From: Candidatus Omnitrophota bacterium
Lineage (GTDB): Bacteria > Omnitrophota > Gorgyraeia > Zapsychrales > Zapsychraceae
Length of the DNA stretch: 63,769 bases
Direction of reading: 5' to 3'
Assembly (NCBI GenBank): GCA_030637405.1
Contig: DAOWGP010000040.1
Location: 1 to 63,769 of the forward strand
A model generated the notes under the pieces. That model saw only the letters and a list, made by a program, of their open reading frames with translations. It searched no databases and was not told the DNA's origin. Numbering within the stretch: the first letter of the stretch is position 1; the number at the start of each line of letters is the position of its first letter. Below, one piece after another: positions 33,626 to 43,004 of the stretch. The position numbers and the translations under genes were made by a program.

Positions 33626-35029
33626 CTAAGCTAGATTTTTGAATTTGTCCTTATAAACTTTCGACAGAACAAATCTGTACTTCCCTGAAGCTTCCCGCTC
33701 GATCTTATCAACAAACACGACCTTAACCCTGGCTTCATTATTTAAAAGATCGCGGTATTTTTCCTCCAAACTAACCGTATCGTCTTGCGTATAGGCGATC
33801 CCTTTAACGATTTTTAATACGACTTCATCTATATTGTCCTGATAGATCTGGAACGCCTTAATTTTCTCGCTTTCATTTTCTAAAAAAGCGTGCGAAGGTG
33901 AAATGCCCCGCATCCCGCTTCGGGTCACAATTAAGTCTTTATTCCCTCCCCCGACGACCTTTATAAGCGGCATTCGAGAACCGCACGCGCATTGTTTATC
34001 GAGAAAACAGCCGTAATCACCCGTCGCGTAGCGCATAAGAGGCATGGAATAATTATGAAGGCCCGTAACAACAAACTCTCCGACTTCTTGCGGCCGGCAC
34101 GGTCTCCCGTCTTTAATGATCTCTAATATCCCGGAATCAAAGAACGCGTGCATATTTCCCTTCGGGCATTGCGCGGCATAGAATAAACGTTCCTCCATCC
34201 CGAAAAAGTCATAAACGTTCGCCTGGAAAACCTCTTTCATAACCTCCCGATGTTGAGGATAGAGTTTTTCCGCGCCTGATATGACCGATTTGAAACTCAT
34301 TTTAATATTGTTTCTGCGCGCGAAATCCGACAAATAAAACATATACGATGGATATGTAATGAGAACAGAAACATCGTGCTGTTCAATAATGTCAAAGGCC
34401 TTAGAAAGGCCGTGGTCATCGTTCAATAAATGTGTGTTGATCTCAAGCATCTTTGTTAACGGATCATAAAAATACCGCTTTTGAGTTTCGACTGCTCGCG
34501 AGCGGTATCCTATAGGCTGGCGAACGATCACAAAGGGATCATTATAATAATAGCCGGCCCAATTAAACCGCCTCCACCCTAAAGCATCGACAAATGAGAT
34601 GATGTTGTTATCCACATAAAATTTAAAAGGCCTTCCTGTTGACCCGCTTGTATGTTGTTCAACCGGATGATATCTTTTAAAATCATCAGCTTTGAATAAT
34701 TCGATATGATCCTTAACAAAATTCTTATCGATCATCGGAAGCTTAGCCAGGTCTTCAGCGTCTTGGATGTCATTGACAGTAAGATTTCTTTTCTGAAATT
34801 CACCGCGATAATAAGGCACCTTCTCATAGACATGGCGTATTAATTTGCTCAGCTTCGCCTTCTGATACGCGTTCATTCTTTCCAATGAGTAACGCTCATG
34901 CCTTCGGACGATCCCTCTATAGACAAAGAACTTTATCCCGTGCCTTTTTAACAGGTAAATCTGATGGGAAAAGGGCAATCGCGCAAGAACTCTGACGATG
35001 ATCCGCTTTATTTTTTTAACAATCGGCAT
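33626..35029 (-). CDS. PaaK / coenzyme F390 synthetase / CapK-like adenylate-forming enzyme (paralog 1)
   Basis: 467 aa with HTSGSTGRPFKFY and a C-terminal lysine region GKYRFV. Confidence 0.7.
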   Translation of the reverse strand: MPIVKKIKRIIVRVLARLPFSHQIYLLKRHGIKFFVYRGIVRRHERYSLERMNAYQKAKLSKLIRHVYEKVPYYRGEFQKRNLTVNDIQDAEDLAKLPMIDKNFVKDHIELFKADDFKRYHPVEQHTSGSTGRPFKFYVDNNIISFVDALGWRRFNWAGYYYNDPFVIVRQPIGYRSRAVETQKRYFYDPLTKMLEINTHLLNDDHGLSKAFDIIEQHDVSVLITYPSYMFYLSDFARRNNIKMSFKSVISGAEKLYPQHREVMKEVFQANVYDFFGMEERLFYAAQCPKGNMHAFFDSGILEIIKDGRPCRPQEVGEFVVTGLHNYSMPLMRYATGDYGCFLDKQCACGSRMPLIKVVGGGNKDLIVTRSGMRGISPSHAFLENESEKIKAFQIYQDNIDEVVLKIVKGIAYTQDDTVSLEEKYRDLLNNEARVKVVFVDKIEREASGKYRFVLSKVYKDKFKNLA

Positions 35030-35048
35030 ACTGCCCCTTTCATTTCAC

Positions 35049-36452
35049 TTAAATTTCTAAAGGCACTTCTGAATCGACATATTTGTACTTGCCGGACTTC
35101 GTGCGCGCAATGCTGTCGACATATTCAATGGAAATATTAATGGAGTTCCTGAAATAGTTCCCGACGCGTTTTTTGATCTGAGATTCATCTAAATTGACCG
35201 CCTTGTCCTTCTTGACCAAACGGATAATAAGATTTTTCATGTCTTTCTGGTAAAATTGAACGTGATTGATCCCTTCATTCACCCCTTCGATAATCAGCGG
35301 CACTCCGGACATCACATTGAAATAACCCTTTTCCGTCACGATCAGGTCCTTCGCCCGCGAGCCCGTAACCTCAAGAATAGGCGATTGACGCCCGCACGCG
35401 CACGTCTCTTTTTTAATGCGTCCGTAATCACCCATCGCATAGCGGATCAACGGCATTGAATGGTTTAAAAGGGTTGTCCCTACTATTTCCCCAACCTCCC
35501 CGGGCGCGCACGGCTTACCATCTTTAATAATTTCGGTGATCCCCATTTCCTCATTAAGGTGAAGGCTATGATGGTCGCATTCCGAGGCAAAAGTAATATA
35601 TTCATACATCGCGTATAATTCGAAACAAGGGCAGCCAAACGCGCTCTTAACAAGGTCCCGGTGCTCAGGATAGACTTTCTCCGCGCGTAAAATAACCGAT
35701 TCGGGACGGATCTCATACGACTTGTTCTTTAATAAGTACTGCGCGAATATGGAAATGATCGAAGGATAAGCGTGTATATGATCGGGCTTGAAATCTTCTA
35801 ACAGGCGGCAAAGTTCCGGCAGTGTTTCCTTATTCATAAGCCCTGTATTAAGTTTTAATATTTTTCCCGTCGAGTCCAGTTGATAAAGATTTTTTAAGTC
35901 AATTTCTCCGGTTTCATAATCAAACGGCGGGCCCATATAGACCGACTTATCGTGAAACCGGCATCCCGCCCAGTTATAGTGCCGCCAAATCACCGCGTGG
36001 ACAAACGAAACAACGGCCTGGTCTACTAATATTTTGAATGGTGTTCCTGTTGACCCGCTGGTTTTATTTGTTTTTGGATTAAACTGTTCATAGCCGGATG
36101 CTCTGAAATCCTCCGGCTGATCCCGGACTTTATATTTATCGACGATCGGGATCTTTCTAAGATCTTCAACGGTTCTTATCTCACCAGGATCAATGCCCTC
36201 GCGATCAAACAGGTCCTTATAATAGGGGACATTTTTATAGCTATATCTGATCATTTCAGAGAGCTTTTCCTGTTGATAACTAGCTATTTTCTCAGCGGAA
36301 AACCATTGGCTTTTATTTAGAAAATCGTAATTCTCAATAAATTTTTCCTTCATAAGATAGTTTATATAGTATTTATGATAGGCCGGAAAAGCGCCTAAGA
36401 GACGCTGCAGAGCACGCTTAATGAAAAAAGATAGTTTTTTAAGAAACAACAT
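35049..36452 (-). CDS. PaaK / F390 synthetase / CapK-like adenylate-forming enzyme (paralog 2)
   Basis: 467 aa with KTSGSTGTPFKIL and SGKYKYV. Same architecture as 33626-35029. Confidence 0.7.
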   Translation of the reverse strand: MLFLKKLSFFIKRALQRLLGAFPAYHKYYINYLMKEKFIENYDFLNKSQWFSAEKIASYQQEKLSEMIRYSYKNVPYYKDLFDREGIDPGEIRTVEDLRKIPIVDKYKVRDQPEDFRASGYEQFNPKTNKTSGSTGTPFKILVDQAVVSFVHAVIWRHYNWAGCRFHDKSVYMGPPFDYETGEIDLKNLYQLDSTGKILKLNTGLMNKETLPELCRLLEDFKPDHIHAYPSIISIFAQYLLKNKSYEIRPESVILRAEKVYPEHRDLVKSAFGCPCFELYAMYEYITFASECDHHSLHLNEEMGITEIIKDGKPCAPGEVGEIVGTTLLNHSMPLIRYAMGDYGRIKKETCACGRQSPILEVTGSRAKDLIVTEKGYFNVMSGVPLIIEGVNEGINHVQFYQKDMKNLIIRLVKKDKAVNLDESQIKKRVGNYFRNSINISIEYVDSIARTKSGKYKYVDSEVPLEI

Positions 36453-37503
36453 TCAATAGCTCCTGGCCTTTAAGATAACGCTCCATATTCATGATAAAAA
36501 GTTCGAAAAGTTCTCTTTGCGACGATTCCGACGCGTGCGCGCTATAATGCGTTAAAATAACATTATCAAACTTGTAAAAAGGATGATTAGGAAGCTGCAT
36601 TTTATTGTGGAAGACATCAAAAATCGCCCCCCCTATGGCCTTTTCCTCAAGAGCCTTAATGAGAGCTTTCTCATTAATGACCGTACTCCGGCCCAAATTA
36701 ATAATAAACGCGCTCCTCTTCATGAAGGAAAGTTCTTTAAAACTGATCAACCCCTCTGTTTCAGGTGTTAAGGGAAGGCAAATAATAAAAAAATCCGACC
36801 TCTCGATAACTTCCCTTAACCGGTCCAGCGCCATGATCTCTAAAAAATTATCATTCGCGCTTGACTTAAGATCGCATCCGATCACTTTAACGCCCAAAGC
36901 ACTGCATTTCGCCGCAACGGCATTTCCAATACTTCCTGCCCCTAAAATGCCAACCGTTTTCCCTTTTAGGTCGACGGACTCTATTTCCCCCCATTTTTTC
37001 CGGCGTTTAAGGTCAATGTGGCGGTAAATACGTTTTGAAATACTAAACAAGCACGCCAAAGCAAACTCCGCGATTCTTTCTGAATGCACGCCCCGGGAAT
37101 TTGTCACGGTTATCTTATTTTTTTCAGTAAAATCAGGATCCAGATAATCGATACCTGTTTTTATCGAATGTATCCACTTGAGATTAGGCAAGTACGGGAT
37201 GACTTGTTTAAAGGCATCCTTATCAACAACCCAAGAAACCAGGAAAACATCAATATCTTCCAATGGGCTCACCAGAAGTTTTCCATCCGCGTAAAAGAAG
37301 TATTTTCTTTGAGGCCCGCATACACGTTCGATCCGTTCATAGAGCCCGTAGGAAAGAACACGGCTTGCAATATTTCTGAGAATTTTGCGTGTAATGTTTT
37401 CTTTAATAACAACCCTTAGAATAACAAGCTCGACGTCATAAGACATGGCTTTGAGCTTCTCAATATCTTTGGGGGGCGTGTGGTCTGGGATAAGTATTTT
37501 CAT
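36439..37503 (-). CDS. D-isomer-specific 2-hydroxyacid dehydrogenase family, NAD-binding
   Basis: GKTVGILGAGSIGNAVAAKC (GxGxxG). The start is moved to the ATG at 37503 (MKILIPDH). The first 10 codons of the track ORF (MGINPWGSST) lie inside a repeat element. Confidence 0.7.
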   Translation of the reverse strand: MKILIPDHTPPKDIEKLKAMSYDVELVILRVVIKENITRKILRNIASRVLSYGLYERIERVCGPQRKYFFYADGKLLVSPLEDIDVFLVSWVVDKDAFKQVIPYLPNLKWIHSIKTGIDYLDPDFTEKNKITVTNSRGVHSERIAEFALACLFSISKRIYRHIDLKRRKKWGEIESVDLKGKTVGILGAGSIGNAVAAKCSALGVKVIGCDLKSSANDNFLEIMALDRLREVIERSDFFIICLPLTPETEGLISFKELSFMKRSAFIINLGRSTVINEKALIKALEEKAIGGAIFDVFHNKMQLPNHPFYKFDNVILTHYSAHASESSQRELFELFIMNMERYLKGQELLNVVS

Positions 37504-37505
37504 AG

Positions 37506-37721
37506 TACTGGAACCCCATGGGTTTATACCCATGGCTCCTTTTTATTCTGTTATTCGATCCGCGATCGACGAACCATCATTCATCCATGACTTTACAATC
37601 ATGGAATTCTGCCGCTCGAATAGCGGAGATCCTTCGACGCGCTCGCTTTCGCTCGCTTGCTCAGGATAGTTCGGCGTTCTGTTCCAATGGTGAGCAAGCG
37701 AAGCGCGCCGAACCATTAAAA
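37506..37721. repeat. Mosaic hairpin-rich intergenic element, copy 1 (216 nt)
   Basis: Near-identical to 50069-50338 apart from a 56-nt insertion in copy 2. It contains CCATGGGTATAAACCCATGG, CCATGATTGTAAAGTCATGG, a GAGATCCTTCGACGCG…CTCAGGAT REP-like core and a GGTTCGGCG…CGCCGAAC stem. Confidence 0.75.
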
Positions 37722-38933
37722 GTGCCTGTTTGTAATATATTTAACGGCGAATTTTCTCAATAGAGCGTCAGCTTTGACTTTGGCCAGGAATTTATAGAAC
37801 ATCCATAACATCCTCGGCAAAGAAGTCTTCTCAATAAAGGACATATCGCGCTCTTTTTCAACTAACCGCGTATTACGCGAGCAGCGTTCTCGAGCGACAT
37901 CCGGTATTGACCTGCCTCGGTCCTTCGCTTCCGCGATGAGCCTTCCTACATTTGCCGAAAAACCATTTAAAATAATATCCTTAACTGTTTCGTTGTCAAA
38001 TCTCTGTTCGCTGAAATAATAGCTGAGTATGCCTCCGGCATTCGAAACAAACCCGGGAACAAAAATAATCTCCCGCTTGTAAAGCATCTGCTCAACTTCC
38101 TGCGTTGCGGCAATGTTTGCGATCGGGACAATAACCTTGAACTTTAGATCGCCGGCATTCTCCGGATTAATGCTGTCCGGCCGCGCTCCGGGAATAAAAA
38201 CATCCGCTTCTCTGCTAAAAAGCTCCTCTTTCGGGATCTCTGTATCCTTGTCATACTGCTTAACAGCGCGGTCACCATATTCCGCTTTCAGATTGCTCAT
38301 CTTTATAACATCAAGGCCTCGCGCGTCAAAAACAGCGCCATCAACCGTAGATAGTCCCAGGATCTTCCCTCCATCAGCAAAAACCAGCTTCGCGAGATGC
38401 TCTCCGACCTTCCCGAACCCTTCAATAATAAACGACGTTTCTTTGATATTCCTATTTCGCGCGCTAAGGATCTCCCGGAGCGTTAAATAAACCGTAAAGG
38501 CGGTAAAATACGCTGAGTCGATCTCATCCTTACGCTTGACAAAATGGATTCCTGCCCCGAACAATATCTCCTGAAGATCCGCGGCATTAGTTCCCAGGTC
38601 TTGTCCGGGAAAATATTTTCCGCCCCCTATTAGATCATTGATCTCCTCTCCAAACGCTTTGCGCAGGACCTTTTTCTGCTCATCGGTTTCCAATCCGGAA
38701 GTCGTAATACCCGCTTTTGCGCCGTCTTTTTTTATCTTGAAGAAAGCATATTTCATGGTCATTTCATACGCTAAGTTAGCGATTTCATCTAAAGTAACAT
38801 TCGGGGCCATGCGGATGCCGCCGGTTGCGATACCGTTGGCTTGCCGATGCACCACAATATAGCCTTTAAGCCCGGCAGATTCGTTAATGACTTCGCGATA
38901 AAAATCAGGTTTTAATTTAGTTACGGATTCCAT
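37716..38933 (-). CDS. Glu/Leu/Phe/Val-type amino-acid dehydrogenase family
   Basis: GIATGGIRM and DGAKAGI blocks, plus the dinucleotide fold IIEGFGKVGEHLA. The start is moved to the ATG at 38933 (MESVTKL), preceded by AAAGGAAAA. It overlaps the upstream gene by 17 nt. Confidence 0.65.
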   Translation of the reverse strand: MESVTKLKPDFYREVINESAGLKGYIVVHRQANGIATGGIRMAPNVTLDEIANLAYEMTMKYAFFKIKKDGAKAGITTSGLETDEQKKVLRKAFGEEINDLIGGGKYFPGQDLGTNAADLQEILFGAGIHFVKRKDEIDSAYFTAFTVYLTLREILSARNRNIKETSFIIEGFGKVGEHLAKLVFADGGKILGLSTVDGAVFDARGLDVIKMSNLKAEYGDRAVKQYDKDTEIPKEELFSREADVFIPGARPDSINPENAGDLKFKVIVPIANIAATQEVEQMLYKREIIFVPGFVSNAGGILSYYFSEQRFDNETVKDIILNGFSANVGRLIAEAKDRGRSIPDVARERCSRNTRLVEKERDMSFIEKTSLPRMLWMFYKFLAKVKADALLRKFAVKYITNRHF

Positions 38934-40305
38934 AACTGTTTTCCTTTTTGATTTCCTGTATATAGATCGATGTTTTTCCGTTCTTTGTTTGATGAATATG
39001 TTCCGTAAAAATAATCTCAATATCCATATTGCCGCCGAATTTTTCCTCCAGTTTCTTTTGTATCTTTTCTAAATCGGTTTCCTGGAATTCACTTTTTTTG
39101 ATAATACGAAGTTCCATAACCCCGCGTTTCTTTTGCGCGAACTGGAATTGGACAATATGGTTCGTAACATTTGGAATGTCAATATTCGCAACCGGGATAT
39201 GCGCCCCGTCTTTCCCGATCGCGAAACTTTTTTCCCGTCCGCCCTGCAGGCAGAACAAAGGAAAGCCGCGTTTGCAGGAACAGCGCTCATTGAGAAGATA
39301 ACCGACGTCCCCGGTATCATAGCGGATCAGGGGCATGGCATAGTTCGTTAAGCTTGTCGCGATGATCCTTTTAAATCCGCTTTTTTGATCATCCTCAAAC
39401 TCCGTAATACCGTAATCTGAGCAAAGATGCAATCCTTTATGCTGTTCACACTCGACACCTAAAATGACGCGCTCTTCCAATCCGTACCAATCAAAGCATT
39501 TACACCCCCAAAACTCTTCAATACCGGCGCGCTGCCAATCATGGAGACATTCCGAATGGCAGAAAACGCCCTTGAGGTTTACCGGCCGCGATATTCCTTT
39601 TGCCTTCAGAAATTTGACCATCAGCTCAATGCTGCTGGGGTATCCCACTAAATAGTTCACACTATATCTCTTTAAACCTTCGACGTACTCCTTGACATTA
39701 CTCTCACTTAAAGCGTACGCCGAAAGCAATAAAAGGTTCCTGACGGGATTGTAAGAATAAACTTTTCCCGGTGGAAGAGTCCAGGCGGAAAGCTTGGCCG
39801 CGCGACCTCCGAGCTTTTGGCCGGCCCAGCCAAAATACCGCCAAATATAAGGGTCAAAATTCAAATAATCGCGTTCTTTATTATAATATAATGTCAACGG
39901 CTTACCGGTGGTCCCGCTCGTATAGAGTTTCACGACCTCATTATCCCTAAAATTCCTTGCCCTTAAACGCTCAAGATTATTCCGTATCATGTCCTTTGTT
40001 AAGACCGGGATCTTGACCAGGTCCTTGACAGATCCAATGTCATCCGGGAGCAAATTGGCCGACTTAAACAGGTCATGATAATAAGGAACATGATCATAGG
40101 CGTGCCGGACCAAGAGCCTCAGCTGCTCACTCTGATAGTTTTCCAATTCTTGGGCGGACCACCATTGCGACTCCTCGAGAAAACGGCATTGGCGGAAGAA
40201 TTCCTCACCGAGCCTTAACCTCAAAGGCACCCGGCTGTAAACCCATTTAAGAGTATCTTTAACGCCGCCTGGAATTTTTTTATAGGCATCAAATGCCGTT
40301 AACAT
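38917..40305 (-). CDS. PaaK / F390 synthetase / CapK-like adenylate-forming enzyme (paralog 3)
   Basis: YTSGTTGKPLTLY and NGKTSIY. The start is moved to the ATG at 40305 (MLTAFDAYKK), just after the upstream stop. Confidence 0.7.
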   Translation of the reverse strand: MLTAFDAYKKIPGGVKDTLKWVYSRVPLRLRLGEEFFRQCRFLEESQWWSAQELENYQSEQLRLLVRHAYDHVPYYHDLFKSANLLPDDIGSVKDLVKIPVLTKDMIRNNLERLRARNFRDNEVVKLYTSGTTGKPLTLYYNKERDYLNFDPYIWRYFGWAGQKLGGRAAKLSAWTLPPGKVYSYNPVRNLLLLSAYALSESNVKEYVEGLKRYSVNYLVGYPSSIELMVKFLKAKGISRPVNLKGVFCHSECLHDWQRAGIEEFWGCKCFDWYGLEERVILGVECEQHKGLHLCSDYGITEFEDDQKSGFKRIIATSLTNYAMPLIRYDTGDVGYLLNERCSCKRGFPLFCLQGGREKSFAIGKDGAHIPVANIDIPNVTNHIVQFQFAQKKRGVMELRIIKKSEFQETDLEKIQKKLEEKFGGNMDIEIIFTEHIHQTKNGKTSIYIQEIKKENSYGIRN

Positions 40306-40309
40306 AAAT

Positions 40310-41620
40310 TTACCTTCGCCTTCCCGCGACAGCCTTATTATCTTTTGGATCAATATCGATAATGATCAATCTGGAAACCAAAGCGGCAAAAACCCATAAG
40401 TTAGAACTGACCTCAATATAGCTCCACCGGTCGCCGAAGAAATTATTGACCATTAAAACAATAACACACATCATAAATCCTAATCCTAACCCTCTTGATT
40501 CACCGTCCTCCCCGCCTGAAAAAAGTTTAACGCCCTGCACAAAAAATATAAATAACAGAAACAGGAAAATGAAGATGCCCACAAGGCCTTGTTCAGCCAA
40601 GGTTCTCAAATAGGTATTATGTGTATCCATATGCTTGAAGCTTGAGTACCGGAAAGTGCGGTACCCAACGCCAATGACCGGGCTTTCAGAAAATAAATCA
40701 AGGGCATGCTGCCACAATACCAACCGCGCTTCGGATGAGCGGTCTAACTCACCGTATTCATTGGCCGTCTCCGTGATGCGGTCTTGTACTTTATCCGGCA
40801 AAGCGACCTGCCAGAAAAAGACAACAAGGATCAGCGGGATGAGAAGGACTCTTTTTTTGATCGCGAAAAGAAAAAACAATCCGATCGCGAAGGCGCCGTA
40901 AGACGCCCGGGAAAATAAAAACATCACGATGAATGAATTCCAGAACATCAAACCATATAACATCATTTTCATTTTCCCACGCTTCATCATAAAGCAAAGG
41001 CTTAAAAGAAGGACCGTATACTGAGCGTAAAAGGCGGCCACTTCATTAGGGCCTAAATAGGAAAAAGTGCCATGAATTTTTTTCCGGGAAACAATACTTG
41101 AATACCAGGCGATTTGCTGAGTTAAATAATAATTCATTAAAACCATACTGACGCACATAACAACGACCGTTATCCAGACATGTTTTTTAGTCCTGATATT
41201 GCTTAACGTTATGAAATAAAGCGCGGGAAGCGCGCATAGATTTTTCCAAGCTTGGACGCGCGGGTCCATAAGATCAAATAACTTAAAAGAGTTCAGATGA
41301 AAGGACCCCTGGAGAAGAGATAAAAAAGTATACCCTATGAAAATGACGACGATCGTATTGATCGGCGACTTGTTGGAAATTGTTTGTTTATCTGTAAAGT
41401 TCTTAACGACCGTTCCCACCAGCAGGATCAAGATAAAAATATCCACAAGATCTTTTCCAAGCGGGTACATGTGCAGTTTTTCAATAATATTACGCAACGG
41501 CAAAAGGGCGATCACAAACCATAAAAGCCATTCCGTCTTCCCTGTCAAGGCCCTTAATATAAGAAATATACCTCCTACATACAGAACCACCGGAGCTAAA
41601 TTCTTTACGAAACCGATCAT
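40310..41620 (-). CDS. O-antigen ligase / Wzy-like polymerase family membrane protein
   Basis: 436 aa with at least 10 TM helices. The periplasmic loop carries GVGYRTFRYSSFKHMDTHNTYLRTLAEQGLVG (Wzy_C-type H-N-x-Y-L block). Confidence 0.65.
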   Translation of the reverse strand: MIGFVKNLAPVVLYVGGIFLILRALTGKTEWLLWFVIALLPLRNIIEKLHMYPLGKDLVDIFILILLVGTVVKNFTDKQTISNKSPINTIVVIFIGYTFLSLLQGSFHLNSFKLFDLMDPRVQAWKNLCALPALYFITLSNIRTKKHVWITVVVMCVSMVLMNYYLTQQIAWYSSIVSRKKIHGTFSYLGPNEVAAFYAQYTVLLLSLCFMMKRGKMKMMLYGLMFWNSFIVMFLFSRASYGAFAIGLFFLFAIKKRVLLIPLILVVFFWQVALPDKVQDRITETANEYGELDRSSEARLVLWQHALDLFSESPVIGVGYRTFRYSSFKHMDTHNTYLRTLAEQGLVGIFIFLFLLFIFFVQGVKLFSGGEDGESRGLGLGFMMCVIVLMVNNFFGDRWSYIEVSSNLWVFAALVSRLIIIDIDPKDNKAVAGRRR

Positions 41621-42180
41621 ACCCCTTGTCCTTTCTCTTTACACTGTATAATCCTGGCAGGAACACCAACGGCTGTAGCGCCATCAGGAACATCTTTAAT
41701 AACAACGGCATTCGCGCCGATCTTGACATTATTACCGATTTTAACAGCTCCCAGAATCTTACATCCCGTTCCGATATAAACATTATTCCCGATAACAGGA
41801 ACGCCTCCCTTACCGACTCCCCTCTCACCTATGATCGTGCAGGGACCGATACTTAAATTTTTCCCCGCCTTTACGCCGGGATGCACGCGGATGACTCCTG
41901 TATGCCCAATATAGAGCCCCGGGCCAATATCCGCCGTGGGGATAATAGCCGCGCCAAGAAAGATCTCTGAAAATTTTTGTAACACGATGGCGATCAGCCG
42001 CAGGAAGATCCTGAGAATAGGCGCGTCAATAACAAATAACATCCTGCTCACGCGGTAGAAAATCGTCGCCCAGAAACCCTGCTCGAGAAATATGTAAAAT
42101 AATTCTTTGAGCGATCGGTATTTCCATCGTTTTAAGTCGCGATATAAATATTTACACTGGCAAGCCGCTTTTGTGATCAT
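41617..42180 (-). CDS. Hexapeptide-repeat (LbH) O-acetyltransferase, serine acetyltransferase-like
   Basis: 187 aa with the repeats IGNNVYIGTGCKILGAVKIGNNVKIGANAVV. Confidence 0.75.
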   Translation of the reverse strand: MITKAACQCKYLYRDLKRWKYRSLKELFYIFLEQGFWATIFYRVSRMLFVIDAPILRIFLRLIAIVLQKFSEIFLGAAIIPTADIGPGLYIGHTGVIRVHPGVKAGKNLSIGPCTIIGERGVGKGGVPVIGNNVYIGTGCKILGAVKIGNNVKIGANAVVIKDVPDGATAVGVPARIIQCKEKGQGV

Positions 42181-42974
42181 TTTTCATTCCTTTTCCTAAC
42201 CAAAATACAATTGATCCGGTTGATAAATAACTCCCTGAACAATGGGAGATGACCTAAAAAATCCATGTCCTTGACGCAATCATATTTCCTATAGCGCGTT
42301 TCCATTCCGCATTCTTTGATAATATGTTCAAATTTGCGCGCGCTCATTTTATTAAGCCCTGATTCAACGTCTTCATAGCGCGTGGCCCCGTCATCCCGGA
42401 AATTCCCGCGGACATTCATGACGGCCCGTTGTGAGAAAATGATATTGGCCCAGGGAATCGTAAGGAAGTAATTCATATGGCTTCCGTGAGGAGCGAACCA
42501 CGGCGGACCGAATGTTACAAAGAGCTCGCCCTCAGGCGTTAGCGCCGACTTCATTGTCGCGAGGATGCCGGCCGGATCAAAAAAATGCTCCATGCTGTTT
42601 TGCGAAATAACAATATCAAATTGACCGACCTCATCGGACCCGATGTTATTGCGAAATTCAACCGATTTCTCTAAGTCTAATCCGCGGATCAATTCTCTCG
42701 CCTTTAATAATGACTTGTCATTAATATCGACGCCTACGACCCGCTTCGCCCCGGACATGGCTAATGCCGCGGATTGGCCTCCGCCTCCGCACCCGAAATC
42801 TATGATCGTCTTGCCGCTGATATGATCGAGGAAATCAGGAAAAACCTCAGTCAATATCGCGAGGCCCTCGCGCGGATCCCAATCTTCTTGATCCACCGGC
42901 TGGCGGATTACCTCCGGCTCCTTTGTTAACGAATTAAGAATTTTCTCTTCCAATTTAGCGAACATCCCGGCCAT
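42177..42974 (-). CDS. Class I SAM-dependent methyltransferase
   Basis: 265 aa with IIDFGCGGGGQS (motif I) and DIVISQNSMEH. Confidence 0.75.
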   Translation of the reverse strand: MAGMFAKLEEKILNSLTKEPEVIRQPVDQEDWDPREGLAILTEVFPDFLDHISGKTIIDFGCGGGGQSAALAMSGAKRVVGVDINDKSLLKARELIRGLDLEKSVEFRNNIGSDEVGQFDIVISQNSMEHFFDPAGILATMKSALTPEGELFVTFGPPWFAPHGSHMNYFLTIPWANIIFSQRAVMNVRGNFRDDGATRYEDVESGLNKMSARKFEHIIKECGMETRYRKYDCVKDMDFLGHLPLFRELFINRINCILVRKRNEK

Positions 42975-43004
42975 CTCCTTATCTTCGCCCCCGTAATAAT
43001 TTGA

